Source of the DNA: a bacterium
Lineage (GTDB): Bacteria > Patescibacteriota > Microgenomatia > UBA8517
NCBI GenBank assembly: GCA_021824915.1
Contig: JAKAJP010000022.1
Coordinates: 89,832-124,072 of the forward strand
Reading direction: 5' to 3'
Length of the DNA stretch: 34,241 nt
Shown here in pieces: positions 1 through 8,202 of the stretch (the stretch's first letter is position 1; each line of letters opens with the position of its first letter). The position numbers and the translations under genes are program-made. The notes beneath the pieces are model-generated. The model was not told where the DNA came from. It did no database searches and saw only the letters and a list, made by a program, of their open reading frames with translations.

Positions 1-45
1 CTCGGCCTCATTCCACGCAGGCATAACAATAACAACTTTATCCAT
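1..45 (-). CDS. Glycosyltransferase family 2 (DPM1-like), N-terminal 15 codons only; runs off the window edge
   Basis: Reverse complement of 45..1 reads ATG GAT AAA GTT GTT ATT GTT ATG CCT GCG TGG AAT GAG GCC GAG = MDKVVIVMPAWNEAE, matching the GT2 N-terminal 'vvIP.yNE' motif. Not in the ORF track. Confidence 0.8.
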   Translation of the reverse strand, partial: MDKVVIVMPAWNEAE

Positions 46-87
46 ACAAGTTAACTTTAACTCATGCTTAAGGTAGAATACAAGGAG

Positions 88-729
88 ATGTTGGAAATAG
101 ATATTTTGACATTATTCCCCGAAATGTTTGATGGACCTTTTCAAGCTTCGATTATTAAAAGGGCTGAAAGTCGTGATCTAATAAAAATTGATGTACACGA
201 TTTGAGAAAGTGGGGGGATGGTGAGCGAAAAAACGTTGACGACAGGCCCTACTCCGGAGGGCCGGGAATGATTTTGAGAGTAGATATAATTGATGCGGCG
301 TTAAAAGACCTAAAAACCAAAAATTCAAAAGTAATACTCTTAGATGCTACGGGGGCCAGATATACACAACAAAAGGCGGTGGAATTGGCAAAAACAAATC
401 ACTTGATTCTGATCGCGGGACACTATGAAGGTGTTGACCATAGAGTTCACGAACATTTGGTTGATGAGGTAATTTCCATCGGCGATTACGTTCTGACGGG
501 CGGAGAAATTCCAGCAATGGTTTTAGTTGATTCAATTATTAGACTCATCCCCGGAGTTTTGGGCAAAGATGAGTCTGCTGTTGACGAATCCCATAAAGAG
601 CCAGGATATCTTGAATATCCGCAATATACCCGTCCGGAAAATTACCATGGTTGGAAGGTTCCGAAAATTCTACTGGGCGGAAACCATGCCGAAATCGAAA
701 AGTGGAGAAAAGAAAAGTCAGGACTTTAG
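88..729 (+). CDS. trmD: tRNA (guanine37-N1)-methyltransferase
   Basis: IDILTLFPEMF, VDDRPYSGGPGM, GHYEGVD, SIGDYVLTGGE and LEYPQYTRP motifs. Start moved to ATG 88 (family N-terminus; -10 TAGAAT at 74-79). Confidence 0.98.
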   Translation: MLEIDILTLFPEMFDGPFQASIIKRAESRDLIKIDVHDLRKWGDGERKNVDDRPYSGGPGMILRVDIIDAALKDLKTKNSKVILLDATGARYTQQKAVELAKTNHLILIAGHYEGVDHRVHEHLVDEVISIGDYVLTGGEIPAMVLVDSIIRLIPGVLGKDESAVDESHKEPGYLEYPQYTRPENYHGWKVPKILLGGNHAEIEKWRKEKSGL

Positions 730-1614
730 CTGAAGAGCAAATTCGTCAATCATCTCACGCCAAGCCTTAAACTTCATATTAAGTTTTTCCTGGGTTTTCT
801 TGGTGGCAAGTCCACCCCAAACAGGTCTTTTATTTCTCTCCGGAGTTTTCAAAAATTCCAATAGCGAAGCTTTTTGGGCTACGTCTTTCACTCCTCGCGC
901 CTTTTCCAAAGCATAACTACCAACTTCAAAATAGGAACCAGTATCGGCGCTTACTATATGAAAATTTCCTTCAAGAGAATCGTCAATAATTTTTGTCAGG
1001 GGATCGGTTATATCATCAACAAAAATTGGAGTAATTATCTGATCTGTAAAAAGCGGAAAGAGATTTTTTTGGTCATAAAGATCTAAAATCTTTCTGATAA
1101 AGTCAGTCTTACCGGAAAACTCCGACCTAAACGGGTTTGCAATTCTTACTATTGCGTGAGGCGTCCCCACATTTGAAACTTCGACCTCACCTCTATTTTT
1201 CGTCCAGCCATACCAGCAAAGATTTTTATTATCATTGGGAAGAATTGTATCCTCATCAAATGGACCCTTTGAATCTTCTAAACCTTCGAAAACAAAATCA
1301 GTCGAAAAATGAATAAAAAACTTTTTATACTCCTTAGAGGCTTCAGCTAAATAACGGGGGGCTAAAACATTTAACTTCCAAGTAATTCCATTTTGATCAC
1401 CTGTTTCCTTTTCTGCACCGGCAACATCTGTATAAGCCGCAAGATTGACCACAACTTCAAACCCACCACCTGAAAAAAAATTCTTGATACTTTCTTTATC
1501 GGTTATATCAATTTGCTGCCGATCAACCGGAATAATATCAAATTTGTCCTTTGCCAACTCAATAAATCTTGAGCCAACTAAACCCGAAGAACCAATAACT
1601 AGGACTTTCTTCAT
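718..1614 (-). CDS. rmlD: dTDP-4-dehydrorhamnose reductase
   Basis: Rossmann GSSGLVG, VNLAAYTDV, HFSTDFVFEG, YxxxK (YGWTK), LFTDQIITP; adjacent to rmlC and rmlB. Confidence 0.92.
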   Translation of the reverse strand: MKKVLVIGSSGLVGSRFIELAKDKFDIIPVDRQQIDITDKESIKNFFSGGGFEVVVNLAAYTDVAGAEKETGDQNGITWKLNVLAPRYLAEASKEYKKFFIHFSTDFVFEGLEDSKGPFDEDTILPNDNKNLCWYGWTKNRGEVEVSNVGTPHAIVRIANPFRSEFSGKTDFIRKILDLYDQKNLFPLFTDQIITPIFVDDITDPLTKIIDDSLEGNFHIVSADTGSYFEVGSYALEKARGVKDVAQKASLLEFLKTPERNKRPVWGGLATKKTQEKLNMKFKAWREMIDEFALQLKS

Positions 1615-2186
1615 TTTTTGAATTTTTCAGGGAAAGCTTCGCGTAATGTAGAATTTTTCTTATCGCGTTCTGAAAGAATTGGGTTGTCTACCGGCCATTT
1701 AATATTCAGGTCGGGGTCGTCCCAAGCAATTCCGCGGGCCTTGGCATCATCCCAATATTCATCGATCAAATAGAAATAATGCATCATCTCCGTTCCCATT
1801 ACACAAATGGAATTTCCTATTCCTCCTGACGGCAAAAACAATGCCTGACGTTTTGTATCTTCCTTAGTGTTATCGATAGTTACGTATTCCACCTTGCCAA
1901 AAGTAGAACTTTCGGGTCTAAGATCAACTATCGGCGCATATAAAATTCCGGTTACCGGATAAATTAACTTATTCCAATTTTCGGTATGAATTGCTTTAAT
2001 GACACCGGGCTTAATATAAGCGTGTGTCCATTGTACGGGACTAAAGCTTACACCAGTTGCCTCTTCCAGCTCTTTTTTGTTGTAAGGTTCATGAACAAAT
2101 CCGCGAGCATCTCCGTGAATTGGTCTTTGTATTAAAACAACACCGGAAATGCCGGTTTTAATAATGTTAGATGATTTGTCAGTCAT
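1611..2186 (-). CDS. rmlC: dTDP-4-dehydrorhamnose 3,5-epimerase
   Basis: HGDARGFVHE, PGVIKAIH (catalytic His), VDLRPESSTFGK, GIAWDDPDLNIKWP, LSERDK. Confidence 0.93.
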   Translation of the reverse strand: MTDKSSNIIKTGISGVVLIQRPIHGDARGFVHEPYNKKELEEATGVSFSPVQWTHAYIKPGVIKAIHTENWNKLIYPVTGILYAPIVDLRPESSTFGKVEYVTIDNTKEDTKRQALFLPSGGIGNSICVMGTEMMHYFYLIDEYWDDAKARGIAWDDPDLNIKWPVDNPILSERDKKNSTLREAFPEKFKK

Positions 2187-4104
2187 TTTTTCTGCTATTC
2201 TCCGAAAGGTTAATCGTATAAATCCCGGACAGAGTTAATCTTGCCATTGCTGCTAAAAAGTAAGAGTCGTCACATTTATTAACCATCTCCGATATCTCAC
2301 CAACTGGCCAAAGAACAATTCCGACATTTTCTTCAAATTTATCTCCAGCCTGGACTTCCGGATATTTCTTCTCCTCAAAATCAACAATTACTGCGTACAA
2401 ATTTGGATGGTTATTCGTCATACCGGTGTCTGGGGAGACTCTACCTAAACTTATTATTTCATTTAACGTAACCCCGTTATTTCTAACATCAAGATTCAAA
2501 TCTCTTTTAAGAGACCTTATTATGAAATCCAAAACGCTTTCATTGAGACGAGGAAAACCTCCGGCCAGGTTATACATAACTCCCCCTGCAGGAAACTTTT
2601 GTTCTCTTTGAAACGCAAAGTGAGTTATTTCCCCCTTTCGCCTGACTAAAACTAAGAGCTTGGCCCCGGATTTAGGTCCCCAACCCCAGGAATAGAACCC
2701 CTCGGAGCGCATTTCTTTTTTATTATCAACGACCTCAAACCAAGTGGCTATGCCATAAATTCCAAACTTTTCTTCTGCGTGAACGATTTTAGTAAGTCTC
2801 AGGATTGTATCCCCCACAAGAGTATCAGCCCTAGCAGCTAAATCCTCCACATATCCAAAAGTTGAGGGATCTAAGGCAAGTTTATCAATCTCCTCCTTAA
2901 TCATACTTGAACTATCCTGATACCATTTCTTTGCCCTCAAATTTTTCATAACAATCTCGTGACGAACCAAATTTTCTTCAACAAAATGTTCTTTTAGATC
3001 ACTTTTCTTGACCTCAGACTTATCTTTTTCTTCAAATCTACCAAATATAAACTTAGTTTTACCTGTTTCCCTATCCAAAGTGATAAAGGCGCTAATTGCA
3101 CGGTTATCATCCGTAATCATGGCACGTCTTTTAAGAAGCGGTCTCCACCAATCCTGATTATTCCTATACCACTTAATGGTTTCCTTCAAACCGTCATCAA
3201 AATTTTCCCGACCGACTTTAGGCTTCCAACCAAGTTCCGTAATAATTTTCGTTGCGTCAATTGCATACCTTCTGTCATTTGAGTGCCTGTCCGGGACATG
3301 TCTTATTTCATCAAGCCCTTTTCCAAATAAAGTAACAACCCGTTCGGCAATATACTTGTTGTCGCGATCATTATTTGAACCAACTAAATATGTTTCCCCT
3401 TTTTTGCCTTTTTCCAAAATCAAATCTATTGCGGAAGCATGATCAGATGTATGAATCCAATCACGGACATTTCGTCCATCACCATGAAGCGGTACACGAA
3501 TTCCGTCAATTAAATTAGTCACCGCAATCGGTATAAATTTTTCAGGAAATTGATAAGGTCCGTAATTATTTGAACAATTTGAGATTGTGATGAACATATC
3601 AGTTTTTTTTGAAAAATCCAAAACGACATTATCCGCCTCTGCTTTACTTAGAGCATATAAATTGTCGGGCCTCGGTGAATAAGGGGTCTTTTCAGTAAAC
3701 TTCTCGTCCGAATTAAGTGGTAACTCTCCATAAACTTCATCCGTTGAAATGTGATGAAATCTGGGAACCTTTAGTTTCACTGCCTCGTCCAAAAGAAGTG
3801 CAGTTCCCCGAACATTTGTCTGCCAGTAACGGGAAGGGTCAAAAATGCTCCTATCGACATGGCTTTCTGCAGCAAAATGAACAATGGCATCCACCCCTTT
3901 AATGGCGTCGTGAACTTTAGCCCTGTCATTGATGTCGGCCTCAAAAAACTTAATCTTTTTGATTATTGGCCGAAGATTTTCAAGATTTCCAGCGTAGGTT
4001 AGCGCATCAATTACCCTGATTTCATCCCCTGGATGCTTTTCCAACCAATAATAAACAAAGTTGGCCCCAATGAAACCTGCCCCGCCCGTAACCAATAGCT
4101 TCAT
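2179..4104 (-). CDS. rmlB: dTDP-glucose 4,6-dehydratase fused to a C-terminal ~313-aa extension containing a degenerate Nudix-like domain
   Basis: N-terminal ~327 aa: TGGAGFIG, HFAAESHVDRSI, STDEVYG, YALSK, NCSNNYGPYQFPEKFIP, RDWIH, WYRNNQDWW. The frame continues without a stop into a region with GGFPRLNESVLDFIIRSLKRDLNL and LGRVSPDTG. Confidence 0.93.
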   Translation of the reverse strand: MKLLVTGGAGFIGANFVYYWLEKHPGDEIRVIDALTYAGNLENLRPIIKKIKFFEADINDRAKVHDAIKGVDAIVHFAAESHVDRSIFDPSRYWQTNVRGTALLLDEAVKLKVPRFHHISTDEVYGELPLNSDEKFTEKTPYSPRPDNLYALSKAEADNVVLDFSKKTDMFITISNCSNNYGPYQFPEKFIPIAVTNLIDGIRVPLHGDGRNVRDWIHTSDHASAIDLILEKGKKGETYLVGSNNDRDNKYIAERVVTLFGKGLDEIRHVPDRHSNDRRYAIDATKIITELGWKPKVGRENFDDGLKETIKWYRNNQDWWRPLLKRRAMITDDNRAISAFITLDRETGKTKFIFGRFEEKDKSEVKKSDLKEHFVEENLVRHEIVMKNLRAKKWYQDSSSMIKEEIDKLALDPSTFGYVEDLAARADTLVGDTILRLTKIVHAEEKFGIYGIATWFEVVDNKKEMRSEGFYSWGWGPKSGAKLLVLVRRKGEITHFAFQREQKFPAGGVMYNLAGGFPRLNESVLDFIIRSLKRDLNLDVRNNGVTLNEIISLGRVSPDTGMTNNHPNLYAVIVDFEEKKYPEVQAGDKFEENVGIVLWPVGEISEMVNKCDDSYFLAAMARLTLSGIYTINLSENSRKND

Positions 4105-4163
4105 ACTTTTGTGTGAGTTAAATTATACATTCAGGTGTGATTACGCTGCAAGCGAAGCATACG

Positions 4164-4646
4164 TTATGTATGCTTGTCAGCAACAGTCGAAGCTCCCCAG
4201 CTTTCAGGCTTGGTCTTAGCGGTATATCCATTACCACTAACCATACCAGTGACCTCCTTTATCATTTCGCGGGTAGCCCCCATTGGTCCCACATCAATGT
4301 GAATTTCAAAATCATATTTTGAAGGTGAGACTTTTTTTCTCAAGAGTGGAACCAATTCCTCCGCCGCCGCCAGAGATAAAAGTGTTTCCGTATAAATCTT
4401 TTCCCTCAAGACAGGCTTTTTGAATTCCTTCCGTTTTTTCCAGAAGTACCTGGCGCCATGCCCTTCTCTATGAACTATCACCGCGGTTACAAAATCAATC
4501 TCATTCTTGCCATTTACCCTCTTGGCCTGTGAATCGCTGCCTATTACTACACGATAAAACTTCCCGGGTTCCTCATCAACAAAATCGGAAATCTGGGAAA
4601 CCATGGCTTCAGGGGTCAACTCTCCCATGGTCGGGCTGTGAAACAT
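4164..4646 (-). CDS. Ribonuclease H-like YkuK-family protein
   Basis: VIGSDSQ, FVTAVIVHREGHGARYFW, EIHIDVG, KPESWGASTVADKHT. Start moved to ATG 4646, 8 nt after TATAAT. Confidence 0.85.
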   Translation of the reverse strand: MFHSPTMGELTPEAMVSQISDFVDEEPGKFYRVVIGSDSQAKRVNGKNEIDFVTAVIVHREGHGARYFWKKRKEFKKPVLREKIYTETLLSLAAAEELVPLLRKKVSPSKYDFEIHIDVGPMGATREMIKEVTGMVSGNGYTAKTKPESWGASTVADKHT

Positions 4647-4687
4647 TTCGCACAATTATACGACTAATTGAGGCTGAGGAGCAATTT

Positions 4688-5584
4688 TTAATCCAACCTG
4701 AGGCTTTTCAGATATTCGCGGAATTTGCCATTCAAATCTTTGTGTTCAAGCGCAAACTCAACAACAGTCTTGAGATATTCAAGCTTGTTTCCTGTATCGT
4801 AGTATTTTCCACCCTTAATCTCTACCGCAACAACCCGCTTTCCATCCTTAAGCATGTGCTTAAGCGCATCGTTATAATACAATTCCTCCCCCTCATCTAA
4901 TTGGTCCAAGACTTCATCTAGATAACTGAAGATGTCGGGTGTAAACAAGAAACCGGAAACATTAGCAAGGTCAGATGGTGCGCTTTCTTTACCGGGTTTC
5001 TCCACAACCGTCTCAACTTCCATAACCCCATCCTCAATCATTTTTCCACCCGTAAATCCATAACGCTTATAGTCCTCATCCTTGGTCGCACGGATGCTTC
5101 CTAAACAGGTACATTCATATTTTTCGTAAGCCTCAATTAGCTGCTTAATCCTACTCTTGGGTTTGGCCATTATAAAATCGTCACTCCATGTATAAATAAA
5201 TGGCTCATCGCCAACCAAGTGGCGCACATTAAGAAGTGGAGTTCCGTTGCCATAAGGTCCTTTTTGCCTGACGTAGACAAAATTTGCCAAGTCGGATATC
5301 TTCTCTACTTCTTCCAAAAGGGGCTTCTTCTTTTCTCCACCCTTCTTTAAGTTTTCGATCAAGTCTAAATTTGGATAATCGAAATGATCCTCAATTGTAC
5401 GCTTATGGTACCCGGTAACAATGATTATGTCCCTAATTCCGGCATCAACGAGCTCTTCGACTACATACTGAATAACTGGTTTATCTACAATCGGAAGCAT
5501 TTCTTTGGGCATAGCCTTGGTCTGGGGAAGAAAACGCGTACCAAAACCCGCTGCGGGGATGACTGCCTTTCTGATCTTTTTCAT
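4688..5584 (-). CDS. galU: UTP--glucose-1-phosphate uridylyltransferase (GalU-type nucleotidyltransferase)
   Basis: KAVIPAAGFGTRFLPQTKAMPKEMLPIVDKPVIQY, VVEKP, YYDTGNKLEYLK. Confidence 0.9.
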   Translation of the reverse strand: MKKIRKAVIPAAGFGTRFLPQTKAMPKEMLPIVDKPVIQYVVEELVDAGIRDIIIVTGYHKRTIEDHFDYPNLDLIENLKKGGEKKKPLLEEVEKISDLANFVYVRQKGPYGNGTPLLNVRHLVGDEPFIYTWSDDFIMAKPKSRIKQLIEAYEKYECTCLGSIRATKDEDYKRYGFTGGKMIEDGVMEVETVVEKPGKESAPSDLANVSGFLFTPDIFSYLDEVLDQLDEGEELYYNDALKHMLKDGKRVVAVEIKGGKYYDTGNKLEYLKTVVEFALEHKDLNGKFREYLKSLRLD

Positions 5585-5608
5585 TGGGTTCCTAGATTAT
5601 ATAAAAAA

Positions 5609-5869
5609 CTAGCCTCTAATGACAAGTGAAAAGAGAATTGTAAGCCCTAAAATTGCAACTGCCAAATATTCAATAAACGTTTCAAAATGCAGATCTTTAT
5701 GCAAAAAATGGTGCATTACCCCCCAAATCACATAAGAGGAAGCTGTGGCAATAGCGACAGCAATCTGAAAACCTTTATCATAAGAAAATAAAGTAAAACC
5801 AATAAATCCGGCAAATAGAATTCCGAAGAGTGTAAGGAAGTGTGGCAAATCTCGGGCGAATTTTTTCAT
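5609..5869 (-). CDS. Small integral membrane protein, 3 predicted TM helices, His-rich loop
   Basis: 86 aa, three hydrophobic stretches, loop MHHFLHKDLH; its ATG directly follows the CAP gene stop. Confidence 0.75.
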   Translation of the reverse strand: MKKFARDLPHFLTLFGILFAGFIGFTLFSYDKGFQIAVAIATASSYVIWGVMHHFLHKDLHFETFIEYLAVAILGLTILFSLVIRG

Positions 5870-6784
5870 TTATATAATACGGCCAGCTTTTAGTATTAAT
5901 ACTACTGCCAAAATCATTCCCAGAAAAGCAATGTGAGCCAGAGTCCTGCCGCCAATCCTTACTATCCTTCTTCTCCTGACTATTATCAAATCGATAGAAA
6001 GAACAGCAAGAAGTAAGCCTGTAACTGCCAGGGAGACGTCCTTTGTGGTCTTAAATGGAGAAACCAAAATACTTGAAGCTGAACCCACCTCCGGAACAGT
6101 AGTGGCCGCTATCGTTGGTTGTGGCGTTGATTGAATCTGTAAAGCGGCAACAGGTACCGGAGAAGGTGAGGGTAGAGTCTGGGCTTTGGCAACAGGAATT
6201 GAGGCTACAGTTTCCCCAGCACGTGCACCAAAAAACTGAACTATTATAGTTGAGTCACTACCGGCCAGATTACCTTGAACCACCCCAATCCCAATTTCCT
6301 TGTAATTTGGTGAGAGAATGTTTTCTTTGTGCGAAGGTGAGTTCATCCAGGCATTAACAGCATCACTTGCCGAACAAAAATCGCGGGCCAAATTTTCACC
6401 GGCAAACGTATATCTATACCCAAAGTTAATAAAAAAACTCCAGGGGCTTGTTCCATCGGGAGCAAAATGTGCCCAATACCCCTTATTCAGCATGTCTGTT
6501 CCTTTGGCTTGAGCCGCCGATGAGAGTGTTGAATTCTCAGATAAGGCATTTAGCCCATTTTGAAGTCTTTGTTCATTGGTTAACCTTATAACCTCTTCCG
6601 GAGAAATGCTTGAGGCGCAACCCAAAACACTTGGAAAAACTTTTGAGGCGCCGGAGATAATAATTTGAGAAAAAATAACAAAAACCGCTATCAACCAAAG
6701 ACTGCTTGAATGCAAAATTTTGGCCTTTTGATTATTGGATTCGTGGGGAAGAAATAAATGAACCAGGGTTTTGACTACCGACAT
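5870..6784 (-). CDS. CAP (SCP/Tpx-1/Ag5/PR-1) domain membrane protein
   Basis: LTNEQRLQNGL, YWAH, AGENLA, WMNSPSHKENIL, YKEIGIG; N-terminal TM, P/S/T linker and two C-terminal TMs. Start moved to ATG 6784, 2 nt after the galE stop. Confidence 0.9.
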   Translation of the reverse strand: MSVVKTLVHLFLPHESNNQKAKILHSSSLWLIAVFVIFSQIIISGASKVFPSVLGCASSISPEEVIRLTNEQRLQNGLNALSENSTLSSAAQAKGTDMLNKGYWAHFAPDGTSPWSFFINFGYRYTFAGENLARDFCSASDAVNAWMNSPSHKENILSPNYKEIGIGVVQGNLAGSDSTIIVQFFGARAGETVASIPVAKAQTLPSPSPVPVAALQIQSTPQPTIAATTVPEVGSASSILVSPFKTTKDVSLAVTGLLLAVLSIDLIIVRRRRIVRIGGRTLAHIAFLGMILAVVLILKAGRII

Positions 6785-6786
6785 TA

Positions 6787-7773
6787 CTATCCATTGTATC
6801 CCTTTGGATGGGTTTTGTGCCAGAGGTAGGCAGACTTCACAATTACCCCAAGATCGTATTTTGGATTCCAAGATAAGCCCGACTTAATTTTATCAATCGA
6901 TGCCCAAAGTTCGTCGGCATCCCCCGGTCGTCTTGATATAAATTTGGCTTTCACTTCCAATCCAGTTTCCTTTTGAATTGCGTCTATTATTTGTTTATTT
7001 GAATAGCCACTGCCCGATCCTGCATTATAAAAATCACTCTTAGCTCCACTAAAGAGAGCATTTAGCGCGAGGGTGTGATTATCCACCAAATCCAAAACAT
7101 GAACATAATCACGGATGCATGTTCTATCGGGAGTATTGTAATCGTCACCAAAAATTTCAACCTCCTCATTATTCAAAGCTTTTTTAATAACATTCGGAAT
7201 TAAATGAGATTCCTCCGGATGGTCTTCGCCAATACTCCCATCCATCGCTGCACCGGCAGCATTAAAATAACGTATACTCATAAACTTTAGGCCATAAGCG
7301 GAATCATAATCCTCAAGCATTCTCTCCATAATGTACTTAGTTTCGCCATAAGGATTTAATGGATTTTTGGGATCATCCTCTTTTATCGGCAGAGTTTTAG
7401 GATTTCCGTAAACACCTGCTGTCGAAGATAAAATTAATTTTAGAACGTTATTCTTGACCATAGAATCTACCAAGTTCATAAAACCGATGACGTTATTTTT
7501 GTAATATTTCGCGGGGTTTTTATACGACTCACCCATTTGGATGAAGCTAGCCATGTGAATTACCCCGTCAAATTTTTCATTTGCGAAAAGCGCACCAACT
7601 TTTTCTTTTTCGCTAACCAAATCTATTTTTTCAAGTCTAAACCCGGAAACTGCTTTTTCGTGACCTTGTGAGAGATTGTCCAAAATTACTGGGTCAAACC
7701 CAACTTCTTTGAGTTTTCGGACCATAAAGGACCCAATATACCCCGCCCCACCTGTAACCAATATCTTAGCCAT
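6787..7773 (-). CDS. galE: UDP-glucose 4-epimerase
   Basis: ILVTGGAGYIGS, LSSTAGVYG, PLNPYGETK, RYFNAAGA, DGTC-like TPDRTCIRDYVHV, RRPGD. Confidence 0.95.
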   Translation of the reverse strand: MAKILVTGGAGYIGSFMVRKLKEVGFDPVILDNLSQGHEKAVSGFRLEKIDLVSEKEKVGALFANEKFDGVIHMASFIQMGESYKNPAKYYKNNVIGFMNLVDSMVKNNVLKLILSSTAGVYGNPKTLPIKEDDPKNPLNPYGETKYIMERMLEDYDSAYGLKFMSIRYFNAAGAAMDGSIGEDHPEESHLIPNVIKKALNNEEVEIFGDDYNTPDRTCIRDYVHVLDLVDNHTLALNALFSGAKSDFYNAGSGSGYSNKQIIDAIQKETGLEVKAKFISRRPGDADELWASIDKIKSGLSWNPKYDLGVIVKSAYLWHKTHPKGYNG

Positions 7774-8195
7774 TAAATTAATTCCATCCTTTCTAGGATC
7801 TCACGAATACTTGCAGGCAATTTTGGAAAAAATTGATAGACAATATAGATCGCAAGCGCGGCCCCAATTGTATCAAAACCAACATCTCTCACACGAGCCT
7901 CCCGACCTTGTGTAAAAAGCTGATGAAACTCATCTGTAGCACCATAAAATGCAGTTAAAGCGACTGCCCAAATTGCAGCCTTTTTTCTTTTCATTCCCTC
8001 ACCGCGAAGAGCTCGATAAATCAGAATTGCCAAAAAACCAAAAAATGTAACATGGGCAAATTTTTTAACTGCAAAATCCTGCCAATAAACAGGTGAAGCA
8101 AGTGGAACCTTACCATTTGAAATCTTAAATATGACTGCCGCCCAAACAATCACCGGCAGCCAATGAAAAAGAAAATTAACGATCTTCGTTTTCAT
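7773..8195 (-). CDS. VanZ-family membrane protein
   Basis: KKFAHVTFFGFL, FYGATDEFHQLFTQGR, DVGFDTIG. Start moved to ATG 8195. Confidence 0.88.
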   Translation of the reverse strand: MKTKIVNFLFHWLPVIVWAAVIFKISNGKVPLASPVYWQDFAVKKFAHVTFFGFLAILIYRALRGEGMKRKKAAIWAVALTAFYGATDEFHQLFTQGREARVRDVGFDTIGAALAIYIVYQFFPKLPASIREILERMELI

Positions 8196-8202
8196 GCAAT
8201 AA

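Noticed and set aside
38-46. DnaA-box-like TTATCCATA
   Set aside because: Single, mismatched and overlapping a start codon; no box cluster or origin context.
64-87. ORF-track start of trmD at 64 and an AAGGAG Shine-Dalgarno at 82-87
   Set aside because: The family N-terminus begins at 88; AAGGAG touches the ATG with zero spacing and follows the -10 too closely to act as an SD.
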